From NCBI GenBank assembly GCA_000004695.1, contig CM000151.3, positions 32,001 to 96,000 of the forward strand: DNA of 64,000 nucleotides, read 5' to 3'. This DNA comes from Dictyostelium discoideum. Its lineage: Eukaryota. Below the pieces are notes generated by a model. It had not been told where the DNA came from and searched no databases. It saw nothing but the letters and a program-made list of their open reading frames with translations. Shown piece by piece: positions 55,030 through 64,000 of this stretch (positions are counted from its first letter, which is position 1; each line of letters starts with the position of its first letter). Both the position numbers and the translations under genes were made by a program.

Positions 55030-55968
55030 GGATTACCAAAGATGGAAAAAAAAAAAAAAGAGGATATTAGAACAAGCAACCATCTCTTTTCAATTCTTGG
55101 CAAGTTTCAATTCCCCTGTCTCTTCCCCCCTCCTCTCCTTAGCAAAGAGAAGAGGTAAATTTAGTAAAATTATATAACAATCCATTTAAAAATTAAAAAA
55201 AAAAAAAAAAAAAATAAAATAAAATAAAGATATTCCTTCATTAATTATATATATTTTTTTAAAATTATTTTTATTATTTATTATCAAATAATTTATTATT
55301 TATCTCTTATGTGTTTTTTTTTTTTTTTATTTTTTTTTTTTATTTTTATATTTTTTTTTTATTTTTATTTTATTTTTCAATTAAATAAATGTTTTGATAA
55401 GATCTTATCAACATATAAAAAAAAAAAATATTCATTATTTTCACATTTTAAAATCTATAAAAGGGAAACCGATTACTTTATTTAATTTAATTTTTTTTTT
55501 TAATTTTTTTTTATTTTTTTTTTAATTTTTTTTTTTTTTATAATTTTTTTTTTTTGAAAAACCCAATCTTCACCAGACTGAAATTAATTTCTCCATATTT
55601 TTTTTTTATTTTTTTTTTTTTTTTTTTTTTTTTTTTATTTTTTTTTGACCTCCTAAAAGGCTTTTTTACTTTTGCACGAATAAAATAATAAAAAAAAAAA
55701 AAAAAAAAAAAAAAAGAAGATAATTGTTTAATATATATTCACGCAATATTATAATTTTTATTTTTTATTTTTTAAGATTCGTTTTTATTTATTTATTTAT
55801 TATTATTATTATTTTTAATAAAATAAAATAATTTTTAATTTTTAATTTTTTTTAATTTATTTTTAATTATTTATCATCAAGAAGATAATAATATAATAAA
55901 AATAAAAAAAAATAATATAGTAATAATAATAAATTTAAAATAATAAAAAAAAAAAAAAAAAAAAAAAA

Positions 55969-58900
55969 ATGGATAAATTTAAAGATAAATTAAAAGTTCA
56001 ATCACCATCATCCAATAAAGAAGATATAAAGATTAGTTATGTTGTAAAGATAGTTAAAGTTACAGGATTACCAAAATCCAGTTATTCACCATTACTTGTT
56101 TCATGGAAAAGAGGAAGTAAAAAAGAAAATTCAGGTGAAGTTAAAACCATACCAAGAGATGGTGAAGGTGTAGTAGATCATACCATCAATTTAAATGCAA
56201 CCATTACTAAAACACCAAAAGGATTCTTAGAGAAATCTATACAATTTACTGTAAAAGAGGAGAAATTAGGTAAAAAACCAGTTTCATTAGGTTCAGTTAG
56301 TGTAAATTTAGCACAATATGCTGAAAGTAAAACTGAAAAAACTCATCCTTTCCCAATTCAAGATAAATCAAAAGTTGTTTGTAATTTATATGTAAAGTAT
56401 TTAAAAGAAAAAAAAAAAAAAAAAAAAAAAAAGATAATATAAATTAATTAATTTTTATTTATTGATAGTTATCAATTCAATCATCATGGTTAAAAGTTAA
56501 TGGTAAATCAATGGTAAAAGCAGAAGGTAATCAAAAAGAAATACTTCAAGAATTAGGTAAACAAAAGATTTCACATGAAGGTACTGATTATTTCCTTCAA
56601 ACTGAACAAGATATGAGTGAACCTGATCAAACTGATTTTGGTCATGATTCTGATGTATGTACTTAGTTTTTTTTTTTTTTTTTTATAAAATATATATATG
56701 AATATATTACTTATTTTTTTATATAATTTTTAGAATGAAGATGAAGATCATGTTGATTTTGATGATGATTCAAATGATAAATCAAATGTATCGACATTAT
56801 CAAGAAAGAGCAGTTCAGGATCAGTTGAAAAAGGTGAATCATCATCATCATCATCGACAACAATAGCAAATGGACATAATCGTACAAATAGTTCAAATAG
56901 TGTTGGTTCAAATACTACAACAACGACTACAACAACATCAAATTATGTTCCACCAGCATTAATTAAAGAGGAGTCAGAAGAAAAAGATTTAAATGCAATG
57001 ACAGCAGATTTAAAGATAAAGAAATATAAGAAACAATTGAAAACATTGAAATCGGAATTAGAGAAATCAAAGAGCCAATTCTCAACACTTTCAAAAGATC
57101 GTGATGAAAAAGTTGAAGAGATTAAAAGAATGATTGATGATATGGAGAATATTAAAGATCGTTCTAAATCCGTTGGAAATGGTGTGATCGCCGATTACAA
57201 TAACCAAATCGAGCAATTGAATAGCAAATTGACCGCAGGCAATAAGGATATTGAGAATTTGAAAATTCAATTACAACGTGAACGTAACCAATCCTCTCAA
57301 GATTCTAACCAAGTGACAGTATTACAAAATCAATTATTAACAATCAATTCACAATTGGACACTATTCGTAACGAGAATACCACATTGAATAACCAAATCC
57401 GTCAATTGGAGACCCAATTGAGAGAGTCGTCCTCAAACAAGCCTGAGGAACTTCAAAATGCTTTAGCAACCGTTCAGAATTTACATTTGGAATTGAATCA
57501 ATTACGTAGCCAATTGGCAACAACTACCGAAGAGAATAGAAGTCAATTCATTCAATTGGAACAAGAAAGATTGAAATCAAATTCAACCGAATCAAATGTT
57601 AATCGTGTTGAACAAGAAAAACTTAACCTACAACAACGTTTAGAACATTATGAACGTACAATTCATTTACAATTGGAAGACTTTGAAAAAGAAAAATTAA
57701 AAATCTCTGCTGAACTTGGTGATTTAAAAACTAAACTTTTAAATTATGAAAAATTAGAATCTGAATTAAATGAATTAAAATCAAAACAACCAACCATACC
57801 TGAAAACAACAACGATAACGATAAAGAATTAATTGAAGCACGTGATGAAATTTTACAATTAAAAGAGAAATTAAATGAAAAAGAAGATTCAATTAAATCA
57901 ACAAATGATCAATTAATTGAAATTAAAGATAAATTAATAATTAAAGAAACTGCTTTAATTGAATTACAAGATCAATTTGAACAATTGAAAAAACAAGATA
58001 ACAAAGAATTGCTTGAAGCACGTGATCAAATAGTTGAATTAAAGGATAGATTAACTCAGAAAGAAGAATCATTTAAAGAGACTGAAAATAAATTAGAGGA
58101 TAGAGCAATTGAAATTTCTGAATTGAGAGATAAATTAGCAGAAAAGGAATCAATATTAACAGATAGGGAAGAACAATTGGACCAATTGAAACAATCAATT
58201 GAAAATCAATCTTCAACAACACCAATCATATCGGATCAACAAGAATTGCTTGAAGCACGTGATGAAATCGTTCAATTAAAAGATAAATTAACTGCAAAAG
58301 AAGATTCAATTAAAGATATTGATAATCAATTAATTGAATTAAAAGATAGATTAACTGCAAAAGAATTATTATTTAAAGAGACTGAAGATCAACTTTATGA
58401 AAAATCAAATGAAATTTCAATACTTCAAGATAAGATTTCAAATTTAGAAGAATCAAATAATAATAATAATAGTAATAATAGTAATAGTAGTATTAATGAA
58501 CTTCAATTGAAATTAAAAGAATTTGAATTAAATACTTTAGATAAAAATCAAAGTTATGAAGAGAGAATTGAAAAATTAGAATTACAATTAAAAGAGAAAC
58601 AATTGGAAGTTCAATCATTACAACTTGAAATTCATAATAATGTAAAAGAAGGTGATTCAAATGATAGATTATTGAAATTGGAAGAACAATATAAAGAATT
58701 ACAAGAAAAGTTTGATAAAGTTAAAAATAAGAAAAATACATTAAAAGTATTATGTTCAAATTATAAATTAAATATTGAACAATTAGAACAAAAACAATCA
58801 ACTTTAGAATCTTCTGCAATTGCAAATCAAGATGGTTTATCCGATGAAATCGATCAATTGAAATCAAAATTAATTCATCAAACCAATGAAAATGAAATCA

Positions 58901-60642
58901 TCCAAGATGAAAATAATCAATTAAAATTACAACTCACTTCATATCAAGATGATTCAATTTCAAAACAAAATATTATTAAAGATTATCAAGAAATAATTTC
59001 AAAATTAGAACAAGAAAAAGAAGATTTAATTGAAAATAATAAAAATAATAAAAAGAATAGTGACAATAGTGATGGCCATGATGATAGTGGTGATGACGAT
59101 GATCGTTCAGCAGAAATTGAAGAATTTAAAGAAAAAATTCAATATCAAAAAGAAAAAATTAAAGCATTAAAAGAAGATTTAGAATCAAAATCTGATGAAT
59201 GGATTGATATAAAGATAAAGATGGAAGAAATTATTGGTGGTAAACAAGATGAAATTGAAAAATTACAACAACAATTACAACAAAAAGAATCATTATCATC
59301 TTTAGCTTTACCAGTTTCAAAAGATGATAATAATCAATCAAATCAAATTTTAGAAGAAGAGATTGATCAATTAAAAAGTCAAATTAAACAATTACAACAA
59401 GAGAATCTTGCAATTTCATCAGAGAAACAATTTAAAGTTCAACATCTTCAACAAGAATTAGAACAATTAAGACAAGTTAATAGTGCAAGTGCTTCACCAA
59501 GATCATCTATTGGTGGTGGTGGTAGTGGTATTGATAATCTTGATGATTTAAGAAAAGAAATGGAAGAAAATAAGAATATTGAAACATCAATTTATTGGTC
59601 AGAATTGGATTTTGATAGAAATAATATACCATTTTGTGGTACAAATGTTTGGGCAATCATTGATGGTATTGGTGGTTTAGGTAAATCTCAAAATATTAGA
59701 TTATTGAATAAGATTGTTATCTCTTTAGAGAAATCATTCTTACGTTCTGGTAATGATTGTAAATTCATTGCCTATTGGTTTAGTACTTGTTGTTATTTAC
59801 TCTCAAAATGTCATCAAGCTGGATACACTCAAGAATCTGCAAATCCAATGAAATCAGGTATTGAAATCAATGTTAATTCATTTGTAACACCTGCACCTGA
59901 AATAGGTGGTTCTTTCATTAGAGATCTTCAAGCATTGAATCTTTCAATCTATAGTAAACTATTGTCAGTCACAGAGATTAAATTGGAGAGAGTGTTAATT
60001 CCATCGGTTTACCTACCAGACTCCATCATTTTGGAAGCTCAAAAAAGTCCAATCAAAAGTTCATCATCATCTTCCTCAACCTCTCCATTAGGTAGAACTT
60101 CAGGTTCTTTACCATTTAATAATACTGGCGCTAATTCTATCAATAATCTACTCTACATTCTTGATGGTATCATTCAATTTTTGAAAGAGGGTAGAATATT
60201 CGATAGTGTTTCAAATCAATTCCTTAATCAAATCTTTTACTTTATGAATGCTCAAATCACTAATCATCTATTAAATAATCCAAAAGTTTGTACTACCACT
60301 CAAGGTTTAGAGGTTAAAATGGGTGTCTCTCGTCTAAAGGAATGGTGTTCTGCAACCCCCTACAAATCTGCCTCTCAACAATTGGATTCCTCCTTGGAGG
60401 CTTCAAATCTTTTAGTCATTGACAAAAATGTTTTCGTTGATATTGAAGCTATAAAATCAATCTTCCAAAAATTAAATCTTCATCAAATTAAACAATTACT
60501 TCAATCTTTCACTCCTGATAGTTTATCACCTGATACTATACCAACTGTATTACGAAAAGCACTCGATTCTAATTGGAGACAATCAATCGATATTAATTCT
60601 TTACCACTTTTAATTGACCAATCTAAAAAATTTAAAATTTAA
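55969..60642 (+). CDS. Large (about 1,410 aa) protein with an N-terminal C2-like (NT-C2) domain, about 700 aa of heptad coiled coil, and a C-terminal DIL (dilute / myosin-V cargo-binding-tail) domain; exons 55969-56391, 56469-56654, 56734-60642
   Basis: N-term ISYVVKIVKVTGLPKSSYSPLLVSWKRGSKKENSGEVKTIP...SIQFTVKEEKLGKKPVSLGSVSVNLAQYAE (NT-C2/EEIG1-like). Centre has repeated LLEARDEIVQLKDKLTAKEDSIK/LIELKDRL heptads. C-term NLLYILDGIIQFLKEGRIFDSVSNQFLNQIFYFMNAQITNHLLNNPKVCTTTQGLEVKMGVSRLKEWC... (DIL consensus). GTAAAG/GTATGT donors; phases verified. Confidence 0.65.
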
Positions 60643-60822
60643 AAAATAAAAATTCGAACACATATAAAATAAAATAAAATAAAAAAAATAAATTATAGTT
60701 ATAATTTAAATAGTAGTTGTATTTTTTTTTTTTTTAACTTTTATTTAAGTCTTAAATAAAATAGAATTTTAATTTCTTTATTTGGTTATTTTAAATTCAA
60801 GTAAATTTTTTTTTTTGGTAAT

Positions 60823-60855
<33 letters not shown>

Positions 60856-61389
60856 GTTAAAATGTTAAACATAAAGTGCTTTACAGGTGTTTTTTTATTT
60901 TAATACCCTTTTTAAATATCAATAAACCAATTTTCTATAATTTTTTATTTAAACTCTCTATTTTTAGATATTTTTTTATATAAAAACAATTAGATTGATG
61001 TCATTTTATTTCAATTTTTTTTTTTTTATAAATAAAAAAAAAAAAAAAAAAAAAAAATTAATATAAATAATTTTCTTTTTTATTTTTTATTAATTTATTT
61101 AACATTTCTCTCATATTTTATAAATAATAATATTATAATTATAATTAATTTTAAAGTTAAAAAAAAAAAATGTTTTATTCAAAAATCATAGTTTTTTTTA
61201 TAAATTTTTTAAAATCATTTTTACAAAAACAAAAAATTTTAAAAACTGAAGATCCTATAGTTTTAATTATGTGGCCAAGAGGTAGTGATGTGTAAGTAAA
61301 ATATTATTAAAATTAATTAATTTTTATGTATTAAAAATTAATAACTTTTATAAAGACCAAATAATTATAAATTCTTTCTAGGTTGTTTT

Positions 61390-61716
61390 TTGAATTATTA
61401 TAAGACAGAGACAGACACAAATACGGGTGATCTCACCACAAATTATAATCATGCTTATTTACGTCATAGGCCAAATCAATTAGGAGAAATAACAACTGAT
61501 TTATTTTATTATAATAGTTTTCAAACTTTTCAATCAATTTGTTCATTTACCAGCAATTATTGTGATAATGATGGCCAGGGTCATTTACAACACAACGTCC
61601 GATATGGTAGAATCATTTTCTCATATAAAGTTTTTAGAAATTTAAATTCTATAAGAGCAGGTGAAGAGTTTAATACAATTGATGTCCTCTATGAAAATAA
61701 TAATTTAAATAGTATA

Positions 61717-61750
<34 letters not shown>

Positions 61751-61866
61751 TTAATAATATAAATAATTATAATAATAACAATAGTAACAATAATAACAAT
61801 AATAATAATAATAATAATATTAATAATAATAATAACAGTATAAATAATATAAATAATAGTATTTAA
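61390..61866 (+). CDS. Hypothetical protein exon (158 aa) ending in poly-Asn; possibly preceded by a 4-nt ATG-containing first exon at 61282-61285
   Basis: The ORF has no in-frame ATG, and a TCTAG acceptor lies at 61378-61382. Upstream GTGATGT|GTAAGT (61279-61291) would supply ATG plus 1 nt in the correct phase. The C-terminal ...GHLQHNVRYGRIIFSYKVFRNLNSIRAGEEFNTIDVLYEN is weakly SET-domain-end-like. Confidence 0.3.
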
Positions 61867-61919
61867 AAATAAATTATTAAAAAATAAATAAAATATTTTA
61901 TTATATAAAAAATGTAAAC

Positions 61920-61958
<39 letters not shown>

Positions 61959-61982
61959 TTTTTTTTTACTTTTTTTTTTTAC

Positions 61983-62013
<31 letters not shown>

Positions 62014-62168
62014 TTTTTATTTTTGCTCAAATTTGTTTTAATTCTCTTCTTTTGTTTTTTGGGGATTTATTTATTTATTTATTTATTTTTTTTTTTTTTC
62101 TTGATATTTTACTCTTTTATTAGATAAAACTTAACAATAAAAAAAGAATAGAAGAAAAGATAAGAATA

Positions 62169-62234
62169 GAAAAGAAAAGAAAAGAAAAGAAAAGAAAAGA
62201 AAAGAAAAGAAAAGAAAAGAAAAGAAAAGAAAAG
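62169..62234. repeat. (AAAAG)13 pentanucleotide microsatellite
   Basis: Direct reading: aaaagaaaagaaaag... Confidence 0.95.
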
Positions 62235-62410
62235 TAATTTTATGCGGTTCTGGTTGGTTTTTTTCAACTTTTTTTTTTTATTTTCTATGTGACTTCCCTT
62301 TGATTAAATAAACTAGTTGAATATTTTCCTATTTATTTTATACTTAATTTTTTCGTTTAAATATTTAAAATATAATTTTTTTCTATAAATTTGTAAAAAA
62401 TTATTATTAA

Positions 62411-64000
62411 TCAAGAAAATTCCTCTAGAGGTGTATAATTTTTGCCTAAAAAAAAAGATACCAATGTTTTATTATAACTTTTGTTATTGTCGTTGTTGAT
62501 GGTCGTTTGAATTTGTTTTTTTAAATCTTGAATTTTATCTATAATTTGGCTTTTATTTACCATACGATAATTATCATTATATGGAAAATCTAAAATCAAT
62601 TCATTTATTGAAATTGAGTTTGGTGATTGAAATAATGAAATTACATCATCATAATTATCGAATATTTCTATTGATAATTGAATTGAATAAAGTGTTGTAT
62701 TTGGATACTTTTTCATACAATTTAAAATGAATGAAATCCATTTAGCATTTGAATATAAATTCATTTTATCAACAGAAAATTTGATTCTTCTAATTGATGA
62801 ATAATTATAAGTTGTATTTGGTGATGGTGATGATGAAGATGAAACATTTTTATTAAATATATTTGAGAATAAATATTCAATTATCGACGTAGAGAATGAA
62901 GGTCCTATTGAAAAATTATGAATTACTAAAGTTTTAATAGACGAATTAAATAGTAAAGCTGAAAATGAATTTGGAGAAACACTACAATCAATATTTATTA
63001 ATCTTAAAAATTTTATGGTTTTATTATTTTTAATAAGATTATAAAATCCATCTGATATACATTTGATTGTAGTTTCATTAAATTCTAAATTTGAATATTG
63101 ATAACATTTTATTGGATTTAGAGAATATTCACATGGAAAATTTGAAATGGTTAGATTCACAATTGATGTATTATTAGAAAGTGTGACTATCAATTCATTC
63201 CATTCTTTGGAAATATTTTTTGAAAGATTATCTCCATTAAAACATTGTTTAGTTATTTTACATCCATGATAATGTTTGTTTATTAAATGAAACGGTACTT
63301 TAATTGCAAGTGTTATTAAAGTTGGACATCTTTTATTCAAAGATATCAAAGTACCCGGTTGAAATGTACTTGCATGTAATGAAAATGGTTTTGAATAAAG
63401 TTTTAAATGTTTTAATTGAGTTAGATCATTATTAATTAAATGAATAAATTGAAAACTATCAATTTTTAATTCAATTACTTTATTAAAATTATCAAATTTA
63501 CAAAAACAATAAATAAAATGAGGACTATAAAAATATTTATATACAACCAAGTTATTTGATTCCTTTTTCCAAAATTTAAATTCTTCACCTAAAGGTTTAT
63601 TAAAACATACAATTTCAGACAGTAATTGACGATTTGGGATGAGTGGAAATGAGTATTTTGAGTTTTTTAACATATCATCTACATAAATAAAAGATACTCT
63701 TTGAAAATTTTTATATTTTTCTGTATCTGGGTAATTTTTACCATTACTTTTTATAATTATAATTTTATTACTAAAAAAGTCTGAAATTATTTCTTTTTTA
63801 ATTTTAATAATTGACCAATTTTTATTTATAATTAATTTAAAAATTTTTATCAAACTTTTGCTTAAACTATATTTTGAAATTGACATTAACCATATATAAA
63901 TTGGTTTGTTTTTTAAATATCTACTTGGTTTAATACTTTTCATTGAATTATTAATCTTTGAAATATTTCCAAAATCTTCTAAAAATTGATTTTGATACAA
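62411..64000 (-). CDS. Hypothetical protein, 5'-truncated by the window edge (at least 529 aa)
   Basis: The ORF is open to position 64000 (it has no true start). Ile/Asn/Lys/Ser-rich with a periodic hydrophobic (leucine-rich-repeat-like) pattern, e.g. LKHLKLYSKPFSLHASTFQPGTLISLNKRCPTLITLAIKVP. No confident family call. Confidence 0.4.
   Translation of the reverse strand: MYQNQFLEDFGNISKINNSMKSIKPSRYLKNKPIYIWLMSISKYSLSKSLIKIFKLIINKNWSIIKIKKEIISDFFSNKIIIIKSNGKNYPDTEKYKNFQRVSFIYVDDMLKNSKYSFPLIPNRQLLSEIVCFNKPLGEEFKFWKKESNNLVVYKYFYSPHFIYCFCKFDNFNKVIELKIDSFQFIHLINNDLTQLKHLKLYSKPFSLHASTFQPGTLISLNKRCPTLITLAIKVPFHLINKHYHGCKITKQCFNGDNLSKNISKEWNELIVTLSNNTSIVNLTISNFPCEYSLNPIKCYQYSNLEFNETTIKCISDGFYNLIKNNKTIKFLRLINIDCSVSPNSFSALLFNSSIKTLVIHNFSIGPSFSTSIIEYLFSNIFNKNVSSSSSPSPNTTYNYSSIRRIKFSVDKMNLYSNAKWISFILNCMKKYPNTTLYSIQLSIEIFDNYDDVISLFQSPNSISINELILDFPYNDNYRMVNKSQIIDKIQDLKKQIQTTINNDNNKSYNKTLVSFFLGKNYTPLEEFS

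Overview
This 64 kb window is nuclear genomic DNA from Dictyostelium discoideum or a very close dictyostelid. It is about 78% A+T, with short A/T-rich introns of roughly 80-230 bp bounded by GTAAGT/GTATGT...AG, homopolymer A/T intergenic spacers, and many in-frame (AAT)n/(CAA)n tracts encoding poly-Asn and poly-Gln. I reconstruct about 30 protein-coding genes on both strands, most of them spliced. No rRNA, tRNA, transposon, CRISPR or prokaryotic-type features are recognisable.

Proteins I can name from the translations:
- glucosidase II beta subunit (3' part)
- UFD1
- mitochondrial Mn-SOD
- a phospholipase-B-like protein
- an Asteroid/XPG-family nuclease
- exosome RNase-PH subunit RRP45
- a dual-specificity phosphatase
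- profilin
- a GH9 cellulase with a (Thr-Glu-Thr-Pro)n linker, celA-like
- a USP-type deubiquitinase
- an OTU1/YOD1-type deubiquitinase
- an NAD-isocitrate dehydrogenase catalytic-type subunit
- a CYTH(TTM)/uridine-kinase fusion protein
- a three-LIM-domain protein
- DGAT1
- a peroxisomal acyl-CoA oxidase
- TAF7
- a GAF-domain free-Met-R-sulfoxide reductase
- an isochorismatase/nicotinamidase-family hydrolase
- a large NT-C2 + coiled-coil + DIL (myosin-V-tail-like) protein

The rest are low-complexity dictyostelid hypothetical proteins.

Loci worth a second look:
- the motor-less DIL-domain protein (55969-60642)
- two reading-frame discontinuities inside coding repeats, in TAF7 and in an ankyrin-like gene
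- a C-rich tract plus a perfect hairpin in an otherwise A/T-only bidirectional promoter (55000-55140)
- very long pure (ATT)n/(ATA)n microsatellites, several 130-150 bp long

All exon coordinates were derived by hand and may be off by a few nucleotides.
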